Origin: a virus
Taxonomy: Duplodnaviria > Caudoviricetes
DNA length: 64,000 nucleotides
IMG/VR virus record: IMGVR_UViG_3300025098_005131
Reading direction: 5' to 3' (one strand)
Shown: positions 1 through 9,576 of the stretch, piece by piece
Position numbering within the stretch: the stretch's first letter is position 1
Layout of the letters: each line of letters begins with the position of its first letter
Translations under genes and position numbers: made by a program
The notes under the pieces: generated by a model
The model's database searches: none
Seen by the model: only the letters and a program-made list of their open reading frames with translations
What the model was told of the DNA's origin: nothing

Positions 1-92
1 GTGCGAGACCATTTCTCAACGAGGCGCTTATTTTGCTGGCCTACGTGGCGGTCTCTAATACCTTCAGTTAACTTTTGTAATGTAAAACTCAT
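1..92 (-). CDS. Major capsid protein (T4 gp23-like), N-terminal 30 codons only; continues out of the window
   Basis: ATG at 92 with AAGGA RBS just upstream, translating MSFTLQKLTEGIRDRHVGQQNKRLVEKWSR. The L-x-EKW motif is typical of gp23-like N-termini and the gene directly follows the scaffold. It is not in the ORF track because it is truncated by the window edge. Confidence 0.8.
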   Translation of the reverse strand, partial: MSFTLQKLTEGIRDRHVGQQNKRLVEKWSR

Positions 93-124
93 GTTTTATC
101 CTTTTTTTATATATTTTAAAATTC

Positions 125-1669
125 TTAGTTCTTAATACCAGCTAGTGTTGCCCATCTATCAAGTGCTACTGACTCATTTATAGTTTGTGCGCTCTTCACT
201 GGTGAAGAAGAGTACCCAGAACTACGACGTCGAATTGCACCTTCTGAAAGGGTTTTGCCGTTGCTAGTTTTTCTACCGCTTACAAGTGACTTAGAAAGGC
301 TCTCGAAAAGAATCTTAGCCTCACCTAAAGTCTTTGCTTCATCTAAAGACTCAACAATGTGGCGTTGTTGCTTAATTGATAAGTCTTTGTTTTGCATAAG
401 TTTGTTAGCATAAAGAAGCTTTGCGTTGAATAGGTTCATCTCTTGAAGTTGGCCTTTCATTCCTCGAAGTGCCTTTTTATATTGAGAAAGCTTGCTTTCT
501 AGCATGCGATTCTTGCGCACAACCTTTGCAGCTTTAATTTTCATTTCATGAAGCTTGTTAAGTTCTACACCATCAACAAATACTTCACCTTCTACAGAAC
601 CACCTCCAAAGTGTGAAGCCATATCTTTAGCTTCACCTTCGCGAAGAGTCTTCATTCTACCAATCTCTCTTCTAAGCATATTTTCATCAATCTCTAAAAC
701 GCGATCTCGACGCCCAAATGACTCAGCCATCTCGTCAGGACCACAGTTTTCACCTTCTTCAGGAGCGTCATCTTCAAAAATACCTTCAAGTTCCATTTCT
801 GAAGTGTCTTCATCCTCATCATCATCTGCAGCAGGCATTTCTGATGGAGCATCGTCTTCTAATAGACCTGCCATCTGAGCTAATTCTTCAACAGTTGTAT
901 TTGACGTAACAGACTGAGGCTCGTCTGTTTCTTCAAGGCCTGCCATCAAATCTGAAGAGTCATCATCTTTTTCAGAATCTTCAGCGTCTTCGTCACCGAA
1001 AATATCTTCAGCGTCGACATCCTCACTTGACTCATCGTCACTATCTTCTTCAAATAAGTTCATTTCTAGCAAGTCTTCAAGGCTCTCGCTCAAAAACTTC
1101 TTGTTGTAACGTCTATTAGACATATTTTCTATCTCCTTGCTTAATATATAAAAGTTTTTTAATAAATCTTTGTCTTCTTTAACTATATTGTTGCTTTTTA
1201 AATTTTTAAACTCTGAAATAATTTTTTTATAAAATTTAACTATTTTTTTATTAACAGATCTTTTGTTAGATGCATTTTCACTTAAAATTATAACTTTGTT
1301 TAAAGCGTTTAAACTTTCTTTAATACTATTTATTTTTTCATTTACCGCATTTTTTTGCATGTTTTTGCTTATTAATTTGTTCAATATTCTTCTTGACTCA
1401 CTGTTCAAATCAATATTTTCGTTTTCTTCAATTGCTTCAGGACCACATTCTTCTGTGTCTTCTTCATCAATTGATTCGACACCATATGCTTCTAATTCTT
1501 CTTCGTCAATTGATTCAGAACCGTCTTCTTCAAAAAGTTTTTTTTCTACCATCGTCTTGATTTGAGGTGTTAAAGTCTCGATAAGATTTTGTCTAACTTT
1601 ATTTTCAGCAGAAACTCTTATTTCTTCTGCAGCTTTAATTGCCTCGCTATATAATACATTATTACTCAT
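125..1669 (-). CDS. Prohead core / scaffolding protein (T4 gp22 position)
   Basis: 514 aa with long D/E-rich disordered tracts, a C-terminal coiled coil (EMNLFNAKLLYANKL...ESLDEAKTLGEAKILFESL) and terminal RWATLAGIKN; immediately upstream of the major capsid gene. Confidence 0.7.
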   Translation of the reverse strand: MSNNVLYSEAIKAAEEIRVSAENKVRQNLIETLTPQIKTMVEKKLFEEDGSESIDEEELEAYGVESIDEEDTEECGPEAIEENENIDLNSESRRILNKLISKNMQKNAVNEKINSIKESLNALNKVIILSENASNKRSVNKKIVKFYKKIISEFKNLKSNNIVKEDKDLLKNFYILSKEIENMSNRRYNKKFLSESLEDLLEMNLFEEDSDDESSEDVDAEDIFGDEDAEDSEKDDDSSDLMAGLEETDEPQSVTSNTTVEELAQMAGLLEDDAPSEMPAADDDEDEDTSEMELEGIFEDDAPEEGENCGPDEMAESFGRRDRVLEIDENMLRREIGRMKTLREGEAKDMASHFGGGSVEGEVFVDGVELNKLHEMKIKAAKVVRKNRMLESKLSQYKKALRGMKGQLQEMNLFNAKLLYANKLMQNKDLSIKQQRHIVESLDEAKTLGEAKILFESLSKSLVSGRKTSNGKTLSEGAIRRRSSGYSSSPVKSAQTINESVALDRWATLAGIKN

Positions 1670-1692
1670 TATTTTGCCTTTAATTATATTGA

Positions 1693-2565
1693 TTATATAT
1701 TTGTCAATTTTAGTTTTTTATGAATTTGTTTGTGCACAACTTGATTATCAACATAACTTCTGCTTGAAGTTCTTTCAAGATTTTGATATGTTGTTTCATC
1801 TGAGTCGATATCAACTTTAAGATCAGAATCAAAAACTGTTTCTCCACCGTCAGTTGTAGGGTGCAAATCGTATTTATCTTTTCCAAGCTTTACTGTGATT
1901 CTTCTTTGACCAATACCTTTTGAATTAATTGCTGATCTACTTATGCTGTTAAGTCCTAAATCGTTAGAAGCACCTTCTGGGCCTGGGTCTGCAGTATTTG
2001 ACGATGCTGATGCATCGTCAATAGGTAACGGATCTTTCTTGTTTTTCCCGCCAAGATTTTTCCCCGTGTTAGGAGAAGACATTACGGCAAGGCGACCGCT
2101 AGAACCTTTATATTCTAGTAACTGTTCCTTTATGTAACTAACAAGATAACTTTCTGACATTCCAATCACACTTGCTATAGAATTTCCTAGACCGCCCAAG
2201 CTTGATATGTCTGTGCCTTTATGAGCCAAGCTATCTGTAGGTGTTTGATTTGTTGAACTAAAGGCCTTTTTCTCTATGCTTGCATCTATATCGTCAAAAC
2301 TTTCTGTATTATCAATAAGACCTGCAAATATAGCTAATTCTCTAACTGTTGTATCTTTTGTTAACTTTTCTTCGACTTCTTGACTAGATACATCAAATTC
2401 ACCTTTTGGTGTGCTTAATGCATCGCCCATATTCCAGTTTCTACCAATTCCACTATTGGGATCACCACCAAGTGAACCAATGCCTAAACCTGTCCTGCCG
2501 TCATAACCAAAGGCTCCACCAAACGAGTTTGGATTAGTCTTTATAGTTCCAGAAGATTTAGGCAT
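1693..2565 (-). CDS. Hypothetical head-module protein (Gly/Ser-rich, likely internal head protein)
   Basis: 290-aa ORF in the head operon; shares a TTVxELAxxAGL motif with the scaffold. Confidence 0.55.
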   Translation of the reverse strand: MPKSSGTIKTNPNSFGGAFGYDGRTGLGIGSLGGDPNSGIGRNWNMGDALSTPKGEFDVSSQEVEEKLTKDTTVRELAIFAGLIDNTESFDDIDASIEKKAFSSTNQTPTDSLAHKGTDISSLGGLGNSIASVIGMSESYLVSYIKEQLLEYKGSSGRLAVMSSPNTGKNLGGKNKKDPLPIDDASASSNTADPGPEGASNDLGLNSISRSAINSKGIGQRRITVKLGKDKYDLHPTTDGGETVFDSDLKVDIDSDETTYQNLERTSSRSYVDNQVVHKQIHKKLKLTNI

Positions 2566-2582
2566 TACTTTACTCTTTGCTA

Positions 2583-3152
2583 CTATACAGGTTGATTATA
2601 GTCTATGTTATTATTAAAGTCGTTTGACTCACCAAGTGTTGGTTTGTTTGCGCCAGAAGTATAGTGATTTTTAAAATAAGTTCCTATTGTAGACTGTTCG
2701 CTGCCCGGATTATTTCTTTCATCTCTCCAGCCGTAACCTTTATTTAAGAATCTTGCAGAAACTTGTCCTTCTGTTGCTACTGAAAGGTTGTTTACATCTG
2801 GTACAAGTAAGTTTGGTCCTAGCTTGTTAGGTTTATCAATTGGCTCTGATAAATTGCCAAACATTTCTGTTGATTGGCTATAGTCAAATTTAATTAAACT
2901 TGTAAAGTCTGGGTTTCCTGGATTTTCACCAGAAGGACTATATTTTTCGTCTAATTCTTGTGCTACGCTAAGAGAGCTTTCAAATATTTCACCCATATTA
3001 TTAGGAAAAATGCTAGAAGCGCTATAAACGCCAAAAGCAGTCTCAGCATTTTCTGGGCGAGCTTGATAGGCTTGTCGTTGGTGCTTCATTTGTTCGTTAA
3101 ATGTTGTAGCATTTACGTGGTCTTTATCACCTGTTCTTCTATAACCTGCCAT
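2583..3152 (-). CDS. Hypothetical head-module protein
   Basis: 189-aa ORF with AAGGA RBS, Pro/Asn-rich; lies between protease and scaffold. Confidence 0.55.
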   Translation of the reverse strand: MAGYRRTGDKDHVNATTFNEQMKHQRQAYQARPENAETAFGVYSASSIFPNNMGEIFESSLSVAQELDEKYSPSGENPGNPDFTSLIKFDYSQSTEMFGNLSEPIDKPNKLGPNLLVPDVNNLSVATEGQVSARFLNKGYGWRDERNNPGSEQSTIGTYFKNHYTSGANKPTLGESNDFNNNIDYNQPV

Positions 3153-3184
3153 AATTTTTTCCTTTCAAAGTATAAAATTAAATC

Positions 3185-3472
3185 CTATATACCTTTAAGT
3201 ATTCTTGCCTTAAGCTCTCTTTTAACTTCTTGTAGACTTTTAAGATCTTTAATAAGCTTTGATTCTTTTAGTTTACACATCTGGTAATAATCCATGCATT
3301 TTGAAAGAGTGTCTGCGTATCCAGTTGCATCAACTTCTCTCACTTTCTTATGAACGTCTTCCGGTCTTTTCATCTTAAGCTCTAAAGTTTCATTTAACTT
3401 TTGTCGCTCTTCAAGCACAAGTTGCTTAATTAGATTTGGTGTAACATTTACAATTCTATCTTTACTAGACAT
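3185..3472 (-). CDS. Small helical head-module protein
   Basis: 95 aa with CAGGAG RBS; LIKQLVLEE and LNET motifs; predicted coiled coil. Confidence 0.55.
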   Translation of the reverse strand: MSSKDRIVNVTPNLIKQLVLEERQKLNETLELKMKRPEDVHKKVREVDATGYADTLSKCMDYYQMCKLKESKLIKDLKSLQEVKRELKARILKGI

Positions 3473-3513
3473 AAAATCTCCTGTGTTTTTTAATTTTAAA
3501 TATTCGCATAGAA

Positions 3514-3521
3514 ATAAATAT
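3514..3521 (-). promoter_or_regulatory. Candidate late promoter ATATTTAT
   Basis: Located in the 79-bp gap upstream of 3185-3472. Confidence 0.35.
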
Positions 3522-3551
3522 GTCTAAATGAGATAAATTTAAAAAATAATG

Positions 3552-3983
3552 TTATTTATCTGTAAATGCTAGTGTTGCCCATTTATTAGAAGCCTCACCA
3601 AACATTTCCATTGGATCAGACTCACTTGCAATCTGGCTATAAGTATCGTTAGGTTTTCCAGCAAATTGATTTGGACGATCAGCTGAGTTTTGTTCTTGCA
3701 AAGTAGTCTGTGCAGTATCTTCAAGCAAAGAAGCCATAATAGGATCATTAGTAACCTGAGAAATGATCTGTTTCGTCTTTTTCTCAAAACTAGGATTAAA
3801 TACCTGGTCTGTTGTTTTGCTTTTATTCTGCTTCATTTTCTGCTTTGTTTTTCGTGTAGAAAAACTAGAAGTTAAGCTTTCATTTAAAGAAGAAGTATCT
3901 CCTTCACTTAAACCTTCAGCTAGTAACTCTACTAAACATTCTTTAACAATGCTTTTAAGCATGCTTCTATTTACTTTTGCCAT
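3552..3983 (-). CDS. Small head-module protein (possible internal/core protein)
   Basis: 143 aa; N-terminal MLKSIVKECLVELLAEGLSE and C-terminal KWATLAF resembling the scaffold C-terminus. Confidence 0.55.
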   Translation of the reverse strand: MAKVNRSMLKSIVKECLVELLAEGLSEGDTSSLNESLTSSFSTRKTKQKMKQNKSKTTDQVFNPSFEKKTKQIISQVTNDPIMASLLEDTAQTTLQEQNSADRPNQFAGKPNDTYSQIASESDPMEMFGEASNKWATLAFTDK

Positions 3984-3984
3984 A

Positions 3985-4509
3985 TTATTCTACACCCGTA
4001 AATCCGTTTGAAGCTTTTTGATCAGGAAAATCTAATGATCTTATGTTTGTCAACCCAGCAATAATTTCTACTTTGTTGCCGATAGCTGCACCTTTTATAA
4101 ATAATTCTTTGCATTTTATTTCTAAGCGAGGAGAATCTTCCCCAGCAGCTAAAGTTATAAACGATGATTTTTTCTGATCAAACTTTACAGCAGCATTATC
4201 CCCATCAGCATCAGCTTCTACAACACCATTACCACCGTCAAACAGTGTTGCTGTAGAATTTACTCCTTTACCGTTGTCATTGTTAAATCCTATAGTTACT
4301 GTTCCTGTTTGACATCTTAAAATAATCCATCTAGTTAAAAAGTCAAACTTTACTTGAGCTATAACTGCATTACCATCATTTCTGGCATCTGCACCATTGT
4401 CACCTATAATCTCAACGGTTCTTACAAAAGGAATACCACTTTGTTGATATTCAGGTACATAATTATGTGAAGGTCTTGGTACTCGTGTATTGCGATCGTT
4501 TTCAGCCAT
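3985..4509 (-). CDS. Hypothetical virion protein (beta-rich, possible capsid decoration)
   Basis: Likely start is ATG at 4509 (TAATG overlap with the protease stop) rather than 4518; motifs VPEYQQSGIPFV, FDFLTRWI and LEIKC. Confidence 0.5.
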   Translation of the reverse strand: MAENDRNTRVPRPSHNYVPEYQQSGIPFVRTVEIIGDNGADARNDGNAVIAQVKFDFLTRWIILRCQTGTVTIGFNNDNGKGVNSTATLFDGGNGVVEADADGDNAAVKFDQKKSSFITLAAGEDSPRLEIKCKELFIKGAAIGNKVEIIAGLTNIRSLDFPDQKASNGFTGVE

Positions 4510-5111
4510 TATTTCCACTCCAATATATCATTAAAAATTCTATCTATTCTATCTGTTTTGTTAAATACATTATTTATAAACTGAGGAGAAACTTCTTTGC
4601 CTTCTTTCATCATAAAAGCGCCAGGAGTTGAAGGTTCACTAACAAAGTCCCAACAAATAAGTTGAAAGTCATCTTGTACAATTTGCATATCACCTTGAGT
4701 CTTTGTGCTCCCAACACCTCTCGAAGAAATACCTAATGTAACACCACTTTCAACTAAAGACTGTAGTATTTTTCCGCTTGGTGTATTAAGTATTTCAACT
4801 GTTCCGTATACAATATTACCTTCAATATAAGCTTCTTTTATATTGTGAGAAGCATTTTTAAGTTCAACAACTGAAGAGTCTGGGTGATCTAACTCGCCTA
4901 AAGCTCTGTTTTCTTTTATAAATTTCTGATAATTTCTAACTTCTCTTTCAAGAATTAACTTAGGATAAACTCTGCCGTTTTGGTTTAAAGTCTCAGCTTT
5001 TTGTAAGATACCTTTCATAATCAAAGGTTGCCCTGGCTGTCTTTGCTCTTTAATGATTTTTGGGTCATATTCAAAGTTTACCCATTCTGTAATCAGTCTT
5101 TGCGTTCCCAT
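4509..5111 (-). CDS. Prohead maturation protease (T4 gp21-like)
   Basis: Motifs NQNGRVYP, ALGELDHP, GISSRGVGS and DFVSEPSTPGAF. Confidence 0.92.
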   Translation of the reverse strand: MGTQRLITEWVNFEYDPKIIKEQRQPGQPLIMKGILQKAETLNQNGRVYPKLILEREVRNYQKFIKENRALGELDHPDSSVVELKNASHNIKEAYIEGNIVYGTVEILNTPSGKILQSLVESGVTLGISSRGVGSTKTQGDMQIVQDDFQLICWDFVSEPSTPGAFMMKEGKEVSPQFINNVFNKTDRIDRIFNDILEWK

Positions 5112-5112
5112 T

Positions 5113-5937
5113 CTATTCTCCTAAAATTTCTTCTTCTAATTTTAAAGCCAGTAAGTATTTTTGCAAGTTTTCTTTAGAAAAGTCATTTTCTTTAAGTAAT
5201 TTTATTTTATTAATTACACTGTCTTTTTTTTCTAAGATAATTTGATTATTTAGACTCACAATTTTATTTTCTAAGAAATTTTTAATTCTTTTCTTTATTA
5301 GAGTATAATTTTCACTTAAAGATTTATAATCTTCGTTTATATATAAAGAAATTAATTTATTTTGGTCTTCATTAAGATTGGAAGAATACTTCTTTTTAAA
5401 TATTTCTTTCATCAAGGAATATGTTAATTTATCAACTTTAATAGGCTTTTTTTCTTCTTTTAGACTTTTTTCTGTTAAGCTTTCATGAAGTAAAATTTCG
5501 TATTCAGTAGTTTTATCAAAGTTGTTTGTATTTTCTCGCCACTCATTTAATAAAGTCTGGATTGTGGCGTAAATTCTATAGTTAGATATTTTTTTACTAA
5601 ATATTGTACCTTTGCCGAATGTATAATTTAGTTCTTTAATTAAATTAGATTTTTCTTTTTCTAGCTGGTTACTATTAAACATATTATTACAGGCAGATTT
5701 AGCTTCTGTAATAATCATTGTTGCCAATTGATCAGTTACTTGGTGTGTATCTGATAGTGCTTTGAAAAGTTTATATTCTTTATATAACTGACTATTTTTA
5801 GTAAAATTATTTTTAATAATATTGATAGCAACTTCAGCATCTTTTTTATTTTCGTTAATTAAACACTCAGAGACAAAATTTATAATTTGCTCATATATAA
5901 TTCCAATATTTCTTTTTTTATTATGATGCTTAGGCAT
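5113..5937 (-). CDS. Hypothetical helical protein between portal and protease
   Basis: Probable start is ATG at 5937 (MPKHHNKKRN) with GAGGA RBS, just after the portal stop; ORF track start is 5955. Occupies the T4 gp67/68 position. Confidence 0.55.
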   Translation of the reverse strand: MPKHHNKKRNIGIIYEQIINFVSECLINENKKDAEVAINIIKNNFTKNSQLYKEYKLFKALSDTHQVTDQLATMIITEAKSACNNMFNSNQLEKEKSNLIKELNYTFGKGTIFSKKISNYRIYATIQTLLNEWRENTNNFDKTTEYEILLHESLTEKSLKEEKKPIKVDKLTYSLMKEIFKKKYSSNLNEDQNKLISLYINEDYKSLSENYTLIKKRIKNFLENKIVSLNNQIILEKKDSVINKIKLLKENDFSKENLQKYLLALKLEEEILGE

Positions 5938-5938
5938 T

Positions 5939-7945
5939 TCAATCTTCCTCGTCATTTAATATGTCATCGTCTATAAATATATCTATTTCTTTATCGTTTG
6001 ACTCTTTTAAAAGCTTATTTGTATTTAAGTTTAGTTTATTAGATAAATTATTTAAGTCAATTGAATCTCTTCTAGATATCTGCCTGTCAATAAAGCTGTC
6101 AACAATAGGACTTTGTGGCATTATACTGTCAAATATATTTTTTGAGCTAAGATCTTTAACAGATATAACCTTAGGTAAATCACCTAGTTTGTTTATGTCT
6201 TTGGCACTTACTCCGTATATAGGTGTATTACCATTCATGCTTTGCTTTCTTTTACCTCTTGTTTTATTTGAAGCTTTGATAGGATTCTTATCTTTATTGT
6301 CTTTTTCGCTATCATCTTCCTCTAAAAGCTCGTCATATTGGGAAAGTTCTTCTTCTGACATAAGGCTGCCTTTTTTAATCTCTCCTGCGAAAAGGTCTGA
6401 AAGGTCTCCACCACTGTCATCTCCTCCGGAGTCTCCTGAGTCACCGCTATCTCCTCCACCGAAAAGACTACCTGAGTCATCTCCTCCACCTGAGTCATCT
6501 CCTCCACCTTCGTTTTCGTCGCCAAAAAGATTAATTTTGTCTTCTGGGAGTTGGACTGCTTCAAGCTCCATATCTCTTATTTTATCTTTTTCTCTGCCTC
6601 TTTCAATTCTATATATTTCATCGTTATTTAGATCTAAAATATGTTTTCTAATCCACTCTCTATCAACAAAACCTTCTGGTGCCTGAGCTGATATTTCAAA
6701 TTTTGTCCTTATTAGCTCTAGTTTTTGCTGCTGTGCAATACTCGAAGGATTACTTAACTTTAAGTTAAAGTCTAACAGGTCTTCGTCTGTGTAACCATTT
6801 ACATATAAATGAATCATTGCAATCTTATTAAGTTCAGAAATAATTGTTTTTTGTATTCTTTGGATTGTTCTACTAAACCTAATGTCTTCTTGCGCTAATG
6901 TAGCTTTTGCACCGATATCTTCATCGTAACCTAAATAAGCTTTTGGGACTTTTAATGCAGCAAATAACTTTTTCTGTATATATTCAACATCTTCAATAGC
7001 AGTTGTATTAGAGCCTCCTGCAAGCGTATCAATTCTTGTACCGGTGTCTCCACCACGCACAGGTAAGAAATAATCTTCGTCGACTGATAGCGGGTTGTAT
7101 CTTAAGTCGACTTGGCCTGTTGTCTTATCAACTACAGCATTTCTTTTAAGCGAAGTCTGTGCTTGTTCTAGATAGTCTGCAATGTTTTCTGGAGGTATAT
7201 TACCAACGTCAATATAAAAAACACGCCTTTCAGGTGATCGAATAACACGATAAACAAGCATAGCATCTTCAATAAGAATTAGCTGTCGCCAAACTCTTCT
7301 TGCGCCTTCTAAAACAGAAGAACCATACGGTAAAAATGCATCGCTACCTAAAAGTCTAAAATGTGAAACCTGCCAATTTTCTAATACTCTGTTTCCTTGT
7401 GTAATCCATCTAAATCTAACAGCACCTGGATCATCATTATCAAAACCTTCTTCTCTTTCAATTTCAGATATCGGAATAGGAAATGTATTAATAACTCCTT
7501 CTTCAGGATGTATATCATTAAACAGAAAGAAGTCACCATATTTACATAGATTTCTTGTCCACATAACTAAGTTAAAGTCAATATTAAGTGTATCATAAAA
7601 AAGCTCATTAAGAAGCTTTTTGATATTCCTGTTTTCAGAATAAATATGTAAAACTTGACCTTCAACATCTGGAGAGACACATTCTTCTGCGTAAATATCT
7701 AATGCCGAGCTAATTTCTGGCGTTGCTTCCATTTCTGAAAAATCTGAGTATCTTGCCATTCTATCATAAGAGCCGTAAGCTCTGAGAGTAGAATTATATA
7801 CGTCACTATGCGCTTTCTTAAAAACCTCCAAAGAAGACTTAGAATAAGAATTCTGATTTTGTATTTTTTTAATTTTGCGTCTAACAACGGGACCAGATCT
7901 GAATAGAGTTGTTAGTTTCTTAAATAAACTGTTACTATCTGCCAT
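5939..7945 (-). CDS. Portal protein (T4 gp20-like) with long acidic C-terminal extension
   Basis: Motifs EISSALDIYAEE, QLILIEDAMLVYRVIRSPERRVFYIDVGNIP, EDYFLPVRG, IDTLAGG, KLFAALKVPKAYL and LAQEDIRFSRTIQRIQ. Confidence 0.93.
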   Translation of the reverse strand: MADSNSLFKKLTTLFRSGPVVRRKIKKIQNQNSYSKSSLEVFKKAHSDVYNSTLRAYGSYDRMARYSDFSEMEATPEISSALDIYAEECVSPDVEGQVLHIYSENRNIKKLLNELFYDTLNIDFNLVMWTRNLCKYGDFFLFNDIHPEEGVINTFPIPISEIEREEGFDNDDPGAVRFRWITQGNRVLENWQVSHFRLLGSDAFLPYGSSVLEGARRVWRQLILIEDAMLVYRVIRSPERRVFYIDVGNIPPENIADYLEQAQTSLKRNAVVDKTTGQVDLRYNPLSVDEDYFLPVRGGDTGTRIDTLAGGSNTTAIEDVEYIQKKLFAALKVPKAYLGYDEDIGAKATLAQEDIRFSRTIQRIQKTIISELNKIAMIHLYVNGYTDEDLLDFNLKLSNPSSIAQQQKLELIRTKFEISAQAPEGFVDREWIRKHILDLNNDEIYRIERGREKDKIRDMELEAVQLPEDKINLFGDENEGGGDDSGGGDDSGSLFGGGDSGDSGDSGGDDSGGDLSDLFAGEIKKGSLMSEEELSQYDELLEEDDSEKDNKDKNPIKASNKTRGKRKQSMNGNTPIYGVSAKDINKLGDLPKVISVKDLSSKNIFDSIMPQSPIVDSFIDRQISRRDSIDLNNLSNKLNLNTNKLLKESNDKEIDIFIDDDILNDEED
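6471..6508 (-). repeat. 18-bp tandem repeat (2 perfect copies) encoding GGGDDS in the portal tail
   Basis: cctgagtcatctcctcca occurs twice on the + strand, within a wider G/D/S low-complexity tract at about 6405-6525. Confidence 0.85.
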
Positions 7946-7948
7946 TGA

Positions 7949-9574
7949 TTATTTTCCTATCAGCCATGATAAATCACCCAATGGGTTTTTTTTGCTTATT
8001 TCTTTATTAAATTTATTTTGAGGCAAATTTACTGGAATAAACGGGTTAAAAGAATTCTGATTATTATAATAAAAAGGTGATAACATTGTATCATCTTGAC
8101 TCGTATTGTTAAACTTCATACCTTTTAAAATCTCATCAGACTGCTGCATTTGAGTAGCGTTATACTTTGAAGAATTACTTTCTGAAAGATAGCAGCCTAT
8201 AGCTAGCGACATTATTAAATCGTCGTTGTAACCTTTCATAGCTGTTATCTTTTTACCATTCCAAATAAAAGTTTTTAATTCTTGATAGAGTCTGCTTGAA
8301 TATGTTTTTACTCTATTGTTTCTTAAACTTTCTTCAAAGTTTGCAAGTATCTTGTCTCTACTTTCTTTACTAGTAGTAAAACCAGCTTTCCCTAAATTAT
8401 TTCCTTCACCATAAAGATATTTGTATCTTTCTCTTTCAGAAGAAAAATAAATATTTTTGTATCCTAACTCACCCAATTTAATAAGCATTGTATACCCATA
8501 TGCATTATTTTCCGGGCATATAGTTGCTTCATTAAATCTTCTCGCAATATCATATACTAAAATTCCAAATTGATCTGGAGGTATTTTTCCTTTAAATTCG
8601 GCTGAAATGGTTAAATCTTTAAGATTAATTACATGAAAAGTTGAATAGTCACCGCTATCACCTCGGGCAATATCAGCTGAGAGCATGTATTTGTCACCTT
8701 GAACTGGGTACGACCAGTACCACACGTTTCCTTGAGGACCACTTTTTTCCATAGGTTGTTTTGTTAGTATTCTAATTTTATCCAAAACATCAGCTGATAA
8801 AAAAGTGTCACCTGAAGATGAAAAATCACAAAGAAGTTCTTGAGAAACTTGTTTTTGAGACATATTTTTAGTCTCTTTTTCAAACCACTCGTCACTTCTT
8901 TCTGGGTGAACATCCCATAAAAGCTTTATAGGATTAAATTCGTTTTCTTTTCGTTCAGCCTTGACGTAAATATCATGGTATTGTCCGCCAACACCGTTAG
9001 GTGTAGATAAAAGTATTGCTCTACCGCCTGTTGAAAGTGTAGGGTACAAACCCATCCATAACTCATCAAAGTTTCTTACGAAAGCAGCCTCATCTACAAT
9101 AAGCAAAGAGAGAGCCTCTGATCGTCCTGCGTCTTCAGAAGTAGGGACTGCTTTGATTTGAGAGCCGTTTGAAAATTCAACTTGTTGCTTGTTGTTTGCA
9201 ACAATTTCTGGTACCAATAACCACTTAGGCATTGATTTAATGTAAGTCTTTACTTTTCTTATAAAGTTTTGTGCAACAGCTAGCTTTGTTGCTATAATTA
9301 AAATATTTTTTTCTTTATAGAAAACAGCCTGCCATACTGCATAAGCTGCTACAAGTGTTGACAAACCGAGCTGTCTAGACTTAAGAATTACATTAAATCG
9401 ATGATCATTGAAGTCTTCTACACAATCGTCCTGAAAAGGGAAAGTTGCGAACGGGATCAAACCTTTTAACGGATGTTGTATTTTTAAATACTTGTTCATG
9501 AAGTATATTGGGTCTTTTCCGCACTTTATAATTTCAGAAATTTGACCTCTTTTGGTCCCAGAGTTTTTACTCAT
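7949..9574 (-). CDS. terL: Terminase large subunit (T4 gp17-like)
   Basis: Walker A KSRQLGLST, Walker B LLIVDEAAF, motif III LSTPNG, nuclease motifs SADIARG and NDDLIMSLAIG; N-terminal KCGKDPIYF. Confidence 0.95.
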   Translation of the reverse strand: MSKNSGTKRGQISEIIKCGKDPIYFMNKYLKIQHPLKGLIPFATFPFQDDCVEDFNDHRFNVILKSRQLGLSTLVAAYAVWQAVFYKEKNILIIATKLAVAQNFIRKVKTYIKSMPKWLLVPEIVANNKQQVEFSNGSQIKAVPTSEDAGRSEALSLLIVDEAAFVRNFDELWMGLYPTLSTGGRAILLSTPNGVGGQYHDIYVKAERKENEFNPIKLLWDVHPERSDEWFEKETKNMSQKQVSQELLCDFSSSGDTFLSADVLDKIRILTKQPMEKSGPQGNVWYWSYPVQGDKYMLSADIARGDSGDYSTFHVINLKDLTISAEFKGKIPPDQFGILVYDIARRFNEATICPENNAYGYTMLIKLGELGYKNIYFSSERERYKYLYGEGNNLGKAGFTTSKESRDKILANFEESLRNNRVKTYSSRLYQELKTFIWNGKKITAMKGYNDDLIMSLAIGCYLSESNSSKYNATQMQQSDEILKGMKFNNTSQDDTMLSPFYYNNQNSFNPFIPVNLPQNKFNKEISKKNPLGDLSWLIGK

Positions 9575-9576
9575 TA

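Noticed and set aside
5961-6686. 241-aa plus-strand ORF antisense to the portal tail
   Set aside because: Ser/Pro-rich mirror of the G/D/E repeat region; every credible gene is on the minus strand
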